From Gammaproteobacteria bacterium (lineage in GTDB: Bacteria; Pseudomonadota; Gammaproteobacteria; SZUA-152), in assembly GCA_024276955.1 (NCBI GenBank), contig JAJRWE010000181.1:1-57790 (forward strand): a stretch of DNA of 57,790 nt, written 5' to 3'. A program made the translations under genes and the position numbers. The notes under the pieces were generated by a model, which was not told the origin of the DNA, did not search any database, and was given only the letters and a program-made list of their open reading frames with translations. Below, in pieces: positions 48,980 through 57,790 of the stretch (its first letter is position 1; the number at the start of each line of letters is the position of its first letter).

Positions 48980-49840
48980 ATGGCGGTCGGTAAAGAAATA
49001 CGCACCAAGGTCAAAAGCGTACAAAATACGCAGAAGATCACGCGTGCCATGGAAATGGTGGCGGCGAGCAAGATGCGCAAGGCGCAGGATCGGATGGCGG
49101 CATCACGGCCTTATGCCGATAAGATCCGCAATGTGATCAAGCACCTTGCCCATGCCCACCCGGAGTATCAGCACTCGTACCTGCAGGAGCGCGACGTCAA
49201 GCGCGTCGGATTCATTGTTGTTTCCAGCGACCGTGGTTTGTGCGGCGGCCTGAATGCCAACCTGTTCCGTACCTGTATCGGATCCCTGAAAGAATGGGAT
49301 ACGAAGAGCGTTGAAATCGATATCTGCACCATCGGCGGTAAGGCGGCGGGCTTTTTCAAGCGCGTCGGCGGCAACGTGGTTGCGGAAGCCAGCCAGCTGG
49401 GTGATGCGCCGGCCATCAATGACCTGATCGGTACGGTCAAGGTGATGCTGGATGCCTTTGACAGTGGCAAGATTGATCGTTTGTACGTGGTTTACAACGA
49501 GTTCGTCAGCACCATGGTTCAGGATCCACAAGTCGAGCAGTTGTTGCCGATTCAAGCCGACAGCGAAGAGGGGTATGCCCATCAGTGGGATTACCTCTAC
49601 GAGCCGGAAGCCAAGGAAGTGCTGACCGATCTTCTGACGCGCTACGTGGAATCCCTGGTTTACCAGGCGGTGGTGGAAAATATTGCCAGCGAGCAGTCGG
49701 CGCGGATGGTGGCCATGAAGGCCGCATCGGACAATGCCGGCGACCTCATCGACGAATTGAATCTGGCCTACAACAAGGCCCGTCAGGCTGCGATTACGCA
49801 GGAAATTTCCGAGATCGTCAGTGGCGCAGCGGCCGTATAA
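48980..49840 (+). CDS. atpG: F0F1 ATP synthase subunit gamma
   Basis: 286 aa, ..[30 protein letters not shown]... Confidence 0.97.
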   Translation: MAVGKEIRTKVKSVQNTQKITRAMEMVAASKMRKAQDRMAASRPYADKIRNVIKHLAHAHPEYQHSYLQERDVKRVGFIVVSSDRGLCGGLNANLFRTCIGSLKEWDTKSVEIDICTIGGKAAGFFKRVGGNVVAEASQLGDAPAINDLIGTVKVMLDAFDSGKIDRLYVVYNEFVSTMVQDPQVEQLLPIQADSEEGYAHQWDYLYEPEAKEVLTDLLTRYVESLVYQAVVENIASEQSARMVAMKAASDNAGDLIDELNLAYNKARQAAITQEISEIVSGAAAV

Positions 49841-49900
49841 GGACGCTTGCTGCCGGTATCCGCAGGGCGAACAGCTTTTTTGATATTTGAAGGGGACTGA

Positions 49901-51283
<1,383 letters not shown>

Positions 51284-51306
51284 GCCTCGGCTGAAGGGGA
51301 AATATT

Positions 51307-51732
51307 ATGGCTATGACCATGCATGTTGATGTCGTCAGTGCAGAGGAAGCGATTTTCTCTGGCCCTGCGAAAATGCTGTTTGCACCCGGCGTAATGGGTG
51401 ACCTGGGCATTATGCCTCGTCACGCACCACTGCTGACCCGTATCAAACCGGGTGAGGTGCGCATACTGACGCCGGATGACGAGGAGCAGTTTTACTATGT
51501 GTCCGGTGGGATGCTCGAGATCCAGCCCGAGGCGGTAACGATTCTGGCCGATACCGCGATACGTGCCAAGGATATTGATGAGGCAGCCGCGCTGGAAGCC
51601 AAGGAACGTGCCGAAAAGGCGCTGGCCGACCGCAGTGGCGAAATCGATTACGCGACCACAGAGGCAGAGCTGGCAGAGGCGCTTGCCCAATTGCAGGCCA
51701 TTCAGCGTCTGAAAAAGAAGCTGGGCCGTTGA
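51307..51732 (+). CDS. atpC: F0F1 ATP synthase subunit epsilon
   Basis: 141 aa, last gene of the operon. Confidence 0.95.
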   Translation: MAMTMHVDVVSAEEAIFSGPAKMLFAPGVMGDLGIMPRHAPLLTRIKPGEVRILTPDDEEQFYYVSGGMLEIQPEAVTILADTAIRAKDIDEAAALEAKERAEKALADRSGEIDYATTEAELAEALAQLQAIQRLKKKLGR

Positions 51733-51772
51733 GTTTTGTGTTTTAGATAAAGCGCGTTTTGGATAAAAAAAG

Positions 51773-51804
51773 AAAAAGGGCGGTTTTTTAACCGCCCTTT
51801 TTTT
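51773..51804 (+). terminator. Rho-independent terminator of the atp operon
   Basis: AAAAAGGGCGGTT-tttt-AACCGCCC followed by T7. Confidence 0.9.
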
Positions 51805-51943
51805 GTTTTGTGATTAACTGATATCCCTTTTTCCATGTTGCTGTGGTGGGCTGAACAGTTCGTCAGAATTTCTTAAGCTATCGGCAATATACTGCGCAGT
51901 TCACTTATTCCCGAATTTGTAATGTTAAGTCTGTAGGTTGCAC

Positions 51944-53317
51944 ATGAGCACACATTTGACCGTCGTTGTCCTGGCCGCAGGCCAGGGGACTCGCATGAAA
52001 TCCGACCTTCCCAAGGTGCTGCATACCATTGGCGCCCGGCCCATGCTGGCGCGTGTCATTGACAGTGCACAATCCCTGAATCCGCAGGCGATCCATGTGG
52101 TGTATGGTCATGGCGGAGAGCGGGTCAAGGAACAGCTGTCGGGCCTTCCCGTCAGTTGGATTTTGCAGTCACAGCAGCTCGGGACAGGGCATGCCGTCAG
52201 CCAGGCAATGGAAGCGATTGCGGATTTACAAACGGTGCTGGTACTTTATGGTGATGTGCCACTGATCACGTCTGCAACGCTCTCGCGGCTTGTTGATGCA
52301 GCGAAGGATAGTGGTCTGGGTTTGCTGACGGCAGAATTAGACGACCCGACCGGCTACGGACGAATCGTTCGGGACTCTGCAGGCAATGTAACGTCTATCG
52401 TTGAACAAAAGGACGCCAGCCCCGAGCAGCTGGCCATTGCCGAGATCAATACCGGCATGCTGGCGGTGAATGCGGGTCAGTTGCGTGACTGGCTGGACAG
52501 CATCGACAACAAAAACTCGCAGGGCGAGTATTATCTGACGGATATTATCGCATTGGCTGTGGAAAGCGGTGTCACAATCAATACCATCTCCACATCGGAT
52601 CTGCCGGAAATTGAAGGGGTGAATAACCGGGTTCAGCTGGCCGATCTGGAGCGGGTGTTTCAGCAGCGCCAAGCAAACCGTCTGATGCTGGAGGGTGTAA
52701 CCCTGCATGACCCGGCACGATTTGATCTGCGTGGCAACCTGAAAGCCGGGCGTGATGTCGAGATCGATATCGGCGTGCTCATCGAGGGTGAGGTGGAACT
52801 CGGCGACCGCTGCTATATTGGTCCGAACTGTATTCTCAAAGACGTGATTCTGGGTAGCGATGTGCGTGTCGAGGCCAACAGCATCCTGGAATCATCGACC
52901 CTCGGCAGCCATTGCCTGATCGGCCCATTTGCGCGTCTACGCCCGGAATGTCAGCTGGCGGACGATGTGAAGGTCGGTAATTTTGTCGAAGTGAAGAAAT
53001 CAACGGTCGACAAGGGCAGCAAGATCAATCATCTGACCTATGTGGGCGATACCCGCATGGGCGCCAATGTCAATGTGGGTGCAGGCACCATCACCTGCAA
53101 CTATGATGGCGCCAACAAGCATCTAACGGTGATTGGTGATGACGTATTCATTGGTTCGGACACCCAGCTGATCGCGCCCGTGACCATTGGTGATGGCGCC
53201 ACCATCGGCGCCGGCTCGACCATTACCCGTGATGCGCCAAGTGAGGAACTGACGCTGAGCCGCAGTGAACAGAAAAGCCGTAAGGGATGGAAGCGTCCCG
53301 TAAAGACGAAACGTTAA
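51944..53317 (+). CDS. glmU: Bifunctional GlcNAc-1-P uridyltransferase / GlcN-1-P acetyltransferase
   Basis: [20 protein letters not shown].., C-terminal hexapeptide repeats. Start trimmed to ATG 51944. Confidence 0.97.
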   Translation: MSTHLTVVVLAAGQGTRMKSDLPKVLHTIGARPMLARVIDSAQSLNPQAIHVVYGHGGERVKEQLSGLPVSWILQSQQLGTGHAVSQAMEAIADLQTVLVLYGDVPLITSATLSRLVDAAKDSGLGLLTAELDDPTGYGRIVRDSAGNVTSIVEQKDASPEQLAIAEINTGMLAVNAGQLRDWLDSIDNKNSQGEYYLTDIIALAVESGVTINTISTSDLPEIEGVNNRVQLADLERVFQQRQANRLMLEGVTLHDPARFDLRGNLKAGRDVEIDIGVLIEGEVELGDRCYIGPNCILKDVILGSDVRVEANSILESSTLGSHCLIGPFARLRPECQLADDVKVGNFVEVKKSTVDKGSKINHLTYVGDTRMGANVNVGAGTITCNYDGANKHLTVIGDDVFIGSDTQLIAPVTIGDGATIGAGSTITRDAPSEELTLSRSEQKSRKGWKRPVKTKR

Positions 53318-53343
53318 TTACTGAAAAAAATGGAATTATAGTT

Positions 53344-55176
53344 ATGTGTGGAATTGTAGGTGCCGTTGCCGATCGTGATGTCGTGCCGATTTTGCTCGAA
53401 GGTCTGAGAAGGCTTGAATATCGAGGTTATGATTCAGCCGGTATTGCTGTCCTGAATAAGGAGCAGTGCCTGCAACGGGTGCGAGCAAAGGGAAAGGTCG
53501 CAAACCTTGAAGCTGAAATGACGGGTGGCCTGCACGGCCACACGGGCATAGCCCACACGCGATGGGCGACACATGGTGTGCCGAGCCAGAAAAATGCCCA
53601 TCCGCACATCTGTGAAAATATTGTCGCTGTCGTGCACAACGGCATTATCGAAAACTATGAAGCGTTGCGTGAGCAGCAGGGTGCCACGGGGTATCGATTT
53701 ACCTCACAAACCGATACCGAAGTTATCGTCCATCAGATCCACGATTATCTGATCAACAAGGGCCAGGACCTGTTGACGGCGGTAAAGAATGCCGTCATCG
53801 ATTTTGCTGGCGCCTATGCCCTGGGTGTGATCAGCAGAGAGGAGCCTGACCACCTGGTGGCCGCGAGACTGGGAAGTCCGCTAGTGATAGGTGTCGGCAT
53901 TGGTGAATATTTCATCGCCTCCGATATGGCGGCGCTACTTCCCGTTACACAGCGTTTTATCTTCCTCGAAGATGGCGATATTGCGGACATACGCCGTGAC
54001 TCACTGACCATCTTTGATGCTGCGGGAAAACAGGTAGAGCGGCCGATCCGTGAAAGCGAGCTGCGCGCCGATTCCGTCGAGCGTGGTGAATATCGTCACT
54101 ACATGCTGAAAGAGATCTTCGAACAGCCGCGTGCGATTGCCGATACCCTGGAAGGGCGTATTGCCAGCGGCCGGGTTCTTGAGCAGGCCTTTGGCGCCGG
54201 CGCGGAAAAGATTTTTGATGATGTGCAGGGTGTTCACATCATCGCCTGCGGTACCAGTTACCATGCCGGCCTGATCGGCAAGTACTGGTTGGAATCCATC
54301 GTGGGCATTCCCTGCAGCGTGGAAGTGGCGAGCGAATTCCGCTATCGAAAGCCGGTGGTGCGCAATAACTCACTGATCGTCACACTGTCACAATCGGGTG
54401 AAACCGCCGATACCCTGGCCGGCCTGCAGGAGGCAAAGCGTCTGGGCTTTGGCCATTCCCTGTCCATTTGTAATGTCCCGGAAAGCTCGCTGGTGCGCGA
54501 GTCGGATCTGGTTTTACTGACCCGTGCGGGGCCGGAGATCGGCGTCGCCTCCACCAAGGCATTTACCACCCAGCTGGTTGCACTCATGCTGCTGGTCATC
54601 GTTCTCGGGCGGCGCAATGGTTTGAGTGCGGAAAATGAATGCCGCCTGGTCAATGAGCTGGAAAGTTTGCCAGGTAAGGTCGAGCATGTGCTGAATCTGG
54701 ATGAATCCATTCAGGAAATTTCCGAACAGTTTGCCGATATACACAATGCCCTGTTCCTGGGCCGTGGCGCCCAGTACCCGGTGGCCATGGAAGGCGCGCT
54801 GAAACTCAAGGAGATTTCCTATATTCATGCCGAGGCCTACCCGGCCGGTGAACTGAAACACGGGCCACTGGCACTGGTGGACGCAGACATGCCGGTGATT
54901 GCCGTCGCGCCTAACAATGAGCTGCTGGAAAAGCTCAAGTCGAATCTGCAGGAAGTGCGTGCCCGTGGCGGCAAGCTGATTGTGTTCGCCGGCGAGGATT
55001 CTGAAATGCAGGAGTCCGGGGGCGTGCAGGTGCTTGAGGTCGCCCCCGTGGACGATGCCATTTCACCGATTATCTATACCATCCCCCTGCAGTTACTTTC
55101 CTATCATGTCGCGGTACTCAAGGGTACAGACGTCGATCAACCGAGGAATCTGGCAAAATCGGTAACCGTTGAATAG
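53344..55176 (+). CDS. glmS: Glutamine-fructose-6-phosphate aminotransferase
   Basis: MCGIVGAV.. (N-terminal Cys), two SIS domains, C-terminal ..NLAKSVTVE. Start trimmed from 53287. Confidence 0.97.
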   Translation: MCGIVGAVADRDVVPILLEGLRRLEYRGYDSAGIAVLNKEQCLQRVRAKGKVANLEAEMTGGLHGHTGIAHTRWATHGVPSQKNAHPHICENIVAVVHNGIIENYEALREQQGATGYRFTSQTDTEVIVHQIHDYLINKGQDLLTAVKNAVIDFAGAYALGVISREEPDHLVAARLGSPLVIGVGIGEYFIASDMAALLPVTQRFIFLEDGDIADIRRDSLTIFDAAGKQVERPIRESELRADSVERGEYRHYMLKEIFEQPRAIADTLEGRIASGRVLEQAFGAGAEKIFDDVQGVHIIACGTSYHAGLIGKYWLESIVGIPCSVEVASEFRYRKPVVRNNSLIVTLSQSGETADTLAGLQEAKRLGFGHSLSICNVPESSLVRESDLVLLTRAGPEIGVASTKAFTTQLVALMLLVIVLGRRNGLSAENECRLVNELESLPGKVEHVLNLDESIQEISEQFADIHNALFLGRGAQYPVAMEGALKLKEISYIHAEAYPAGELKHGPLALVDADMPVIAVAPNNELLEKLKSNLQEVRARGGKLIVFAGEDSEMQESGGVQVLEVAPVDDAISPIIYTIPLQLLSYHVAVLKGTDVDQPRNLAKSVTVE

Positions 55177-55229
55177 AGTGAGTCATGTAGAAGCTATGAA
55201 GGATCGCAATCCGTTACCCTATGCTATGT

Positions 55230-55500
55230 TTTTCCACCATGAAGAAAGACAAGAAAATCGAGCGGTTTATCATGGGTCCGCGAACTAACGTGGCCCCCAG
55301 ATTCTGGACAGTCGTTTAAGCTGTACCTGATCATCTTCGCCTGCAAAAAAACTAGCCGAACGATTGCTTCCTCGCTGGATAATATGCCAGGGGATTCCAG
55401 GTATCGAGATTCGCGCTCTGCGTGGCACTGACTTCCTCCCACTCTACATATGCTGGATTAGCGTAGCATGTCATTTTAAAGCCTGTTTCCACACCCTATT
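55230..55500 (+). mobile_element. Degenerate group II intron RT-related debris
   Basis: 55413-55500 is a diverged copy of 57550-57634, the stretch just 5' of the RT remnant. Multiple stops in all frames. Starts about 55 nt after the glmS stop. Confidence 0.4.
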
Positions 55501-55678
55501 CCCGCCAGGGAAATAGGATATTACAGGCTTGAAGATCCGCCGGGCGTCGCGAGTCTTTAAACCCAGTAAGCCCGAAAAAGATATTTTCAATAAAGGCAAT
55601 CACTCCATGTCTCCACCGGGCTTGTCCAGCAAACGGTTCAGATTGTGGGTTGTTCCTCACACAATCTAAGCTAATTCG

Positions 55679-56650
55679 TCAGATTTCTTTATGTTCCACA
55701 GATATGACTACACTCCCCTTTTTGTGTCCTGTATCGACATACCTGTGAGCCTCAGCGGTTTGCTCTAAAGGATAAGTTCTGTCGATGACGGCCTCAATAT
55801 CTCCAGCTTCAACACGCTCTCTAAGGAAATCCAGGGACTCTTTACTCTCACCCGCCACACCACAAATTATATTCTTTCTGGCGATTGACAATAAGTTAGT
55901 CAGCAAGCCCGTATTAATTAAAATCAATTTTCCTTGTTTTGCTAGTGACTCCTTACATTGGAGTGATGATAAATTGCCTACCGCATCAAGAATTACATCA
56001 TAGACTTCCTTATTCTTAGTGAAATCCTCTTTTGTATAATCAATAACCTTTTTTGCGCCGAGAGACTCTACCAACTCAATGTTTGATGTACTGCAAATGC
56101 CAGTTACTTCTGCTCCAAAATATTTCGCCAGTTGTATTGACGCAGTCCCTACAGCCCCGGATGCCCCATTAACAAGAACCTTTTGATCTTTTTGAATATT
56201 TGCTTTATCTCTAAGAAAGTGTATTGTCGCCAAGCCTCCAAAAATAACAGCTGCTGCTTGTTCATGGGTAATATTATTGGGTTTTTTTACCAATGCCGAA
56301 TTTTCAGATAGGCAGGTGTATTCAGCGTTAGCTCCTAACTTCATTCCTGTCGTTCCGTATACCTTATCGCCTTTTTTAAATAGTTTTACAGCTTTTCCTA
56401 CCGACTCTATTTCACCTGATATATCCATTCCAGGAATCTGGTTTCTCGGCTTTGTTAAGCCAAACACCAATCGTGTAGGTAGCCAGAAACCCATAGGAAT
56501 TTTAAAAGCACGAAGCCGACAGTCACCAGCTGTTACAGAGGATGCATGTATCTTAATTAGCACTTCATCACTATTTGGAGTAGGTTTTTCTAATTCTCTA
56601 AGCTCGAGAACTTCAGGCGCTCCATATTTTATCCATGCTATTGCTTTCAT
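55679..56650 (-). CDS. Zinc-type / MDR-family NAD(P)-dependent oxidoreductase
   Basis: MKAIAWIKYGAPEVLELRELEKP.., NGASGAVG dinucleotide motif. AAGGAG RBS 7 nt upstream of ATG 56650. The ORF-track start 56821 adds 57 spurious codons. Low GC. Confidence 0.9.
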   Translation of the reverse strand: MKAIAWIKYGAPEVLELRELEKPTPNSDEVLIKIHASSVTAGDCRLRAFKIPMGFWLPTRLVFGLTKPRNQIPGMDISGEIESVGKAVKLFKKGDKVYGTTGMKLGANAEYTCLSENSALVKKPNNITHEQAAAVIFGGLATIHFLRDKANIQKDQKVLVNGASGAVGTASIQLAKYFGAEVTGICSTSNIELVESLGAKKVIDYTKEDFTKNKEVYDVILDAVGNLSSLQCKESLAKQGKLILINTGLLTNLLSIARKNIICGVAGESKESLDFLRERVEAGDIEAVIDRTYPLEQTAEAHRYVDTGHKKGSVVISVEHKEI

Positions 56651-56716
56651 AAATCTCCTTTCGCCTACTTTGCTGTCTACTCCCCGTGGGTGAGCAGGAA
56701 ATCTGACGACCAAGCT

Positions 56717-57260
56717 GTGCGACGCAAGCGTAGCGTAGTTTGCGTCAGAACGAGCGCCTTGTGTACGCCTAGCATGGGCATGAACTAATGAGGTGAAAGT
56801 CCTCTGTAGGAAGATCACCATCCTTAGCGATTTATATCGTTATTAGATGATAACTACTAGCGAATGGCAAGGGCCAACCCACGAGGGCGGTCTGAAGGAA
56901 GCCGGATGCACCAACAGTAGACCCCATGAGGGGAACCTGCGAGCTGATGAACAAGAACATCATATGAGGCGTAGGCTGGAGGCGAGATGGCAGAGCCTGC
57001 CCCACGAAGTGCTTTGGGTACAAGACATCGAAGCCATGTGATCTAGCGGCCACCGTAAATGATGCAAAAGTGCAGTGAAAGTGCACGTCCTTATCTGGGA
57101 AGATCTGCTTAACAAGCGATCGGTAGATAACCAGTGAGGCCACTGGTCGATCAAGCCTTGGCATGCAGGGTTAATCGCCCTGCATGAGCGAATCTGATGA
57201 AAACCGATAGCGCCAGCAGGGGCAACTCTGTGGGTGATTAAACAGAAGACAGATAATTGC
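56717..57260 (+). mobile_element. Group II intron 5' RNA segment (domain I-III-like)
   Basis: Begins GTGCGAC (intron 5' consensus GUGYG). GC-balanced, stem-rich, non-coding in all frames. Contains GGTGAAAGTCC, GTGAAAGTGCACG and similar intron-like strings. Identification is by resemblance only. Confidence 0.45.
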
Positions 57261-57289
57261 TCCTGCATATTCTGCATATTCTGCATACA

Positions 57290-57790
57290 CGCCATCCTTG
57301 GCGTTATCAGCAGACGGCATACGACTCCATGAAGAAGGCGAGATCGGGAACTGATCGAGAGGCTGGCCTGGGCCATGGAGGAGATCGGGCGACGCAGGAA
57401 GCCAAAGCCGAGTAGCCAAATGCCCAGCGTAATGGCTGGGACACGGTGAAGGTCTGAACATTTAGAACAAAGGAGGGCCGTGTCACACTTGAATGCACGA
57501 ACGCCGTCTCCTTAAGGCCCCTAAAAGGGCTTTGACCTCTTAAGTTTGCGCGCTCTGCGTGGCATTGATTTCCTACCACCCTCCTGTGCTGGATTAACGC
57601 AGCATACCATTTTAATCGTGGTCTGTCCCCTATTATTGCTATTATTGTCATGGCATGGGTGTCGCGTTTTCTGACCACCAAACTAAAACTGGTTGTCAAT
57701 GAGGCGAAGAGTCGCGTGGTGAAAACCAACGACCTTCACTTTCTGGGGTTTACGTTTAGGGGAAAGAAAATTCGCTGGTCTGAGCAAGCA
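57290..57790 (+). pseudogene. Second group II intron-like segment plus internally deleted RT/maturase remnant (runs off window end)
   Basis: 57569-57790 is an open frame: ..NRGLSPIIAIIVMAWVSRFLTTKLKLVVNEAKSRVVKTNDLHFLGFTFRGKKIRWSEQA. The second half matches the conserved post-YADD region of intron RTs (RF...L.L.VN..KS.V....FLGF.F). No YADD box and only about 170 nt lie between an AAAGGAGGG RBS (57470) and this point. Confidence 0.55.

Noticed and set aside
55177-55230. Tn7 right-end sequence immediately downstream of glmS.
   Set aside because: No TGTGGGCG-type terminal repeats or TnsB-binding 22-mers are recognisable.
56651-56821. N-terminal 57-codon extension of the dehydrogenase ORF (ORF-track start 56821).
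   Set aside because: The extension reads through the intron-like GTGCG region and has no homology-like features. A strong AAGGAG RBS precedes the internal ATG at 56650, where the conserved MKAIA.. N-terminus begins.

Overview
GC-rich gammaproteobacterial chromosome segment; I saw no rRNA, tRNA or CRISPR array. Core genes, left to right: mutY-asmA; a glrK-qseG-glrR-like sigma-54 two-component operon; rdgB, rph, rpmB-rpmG; comF; bioBFHCD; pyrE, xthA; fbp; hemCDXY; then the conserved origin-proximal block mnmG-rsmG-parA-parB-atp(Z)IBEFHAGDC-glmU-glmS. Four patches look AT-richer by eye and carry accessory genes. (i) Window start: a Fic gene preceded by iteron-like repeats. (ii) 21.6-26.3 kb: a dihaem peroxidase with a Met/Gly insert, a truncated PEP-CTERM gene, an IS66 remnant, and a divergent cytidylyltransferase / CDP-alcohol phosphatidyltransferase pair. 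(iii) 34.6-37.1 kb: a GFA gene, decayed RayT-like and BrnT-like remnants, an antitoxin, and a RES-Xre TA module. (iv) Downstream of glmS: an ADH gene embedded in group II intron debris. The best-supported new observation is a near-consensus sigma-54 promoter with two 24-bp CCTGTCGC-N8-GACAGGTG (TGTC-N10-GACA) enhancer sites. It sits in front of a secreted EF-hand protein gene immediately upstream of glrK, which is where E. coli carries glmY. Also notable: three conserved genes carry single inactivating lesions (fbp in-frame TAG, FNR-like reductase in-frame TAA, MCP 1-nt frameshift); there are several families of foldback/REP-like repeats; and the cytidylyltransferase/transferase cassette has an undefined product. 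All calls come from reading the sequence and ORF track and from remembered family motifs. No database search was run.
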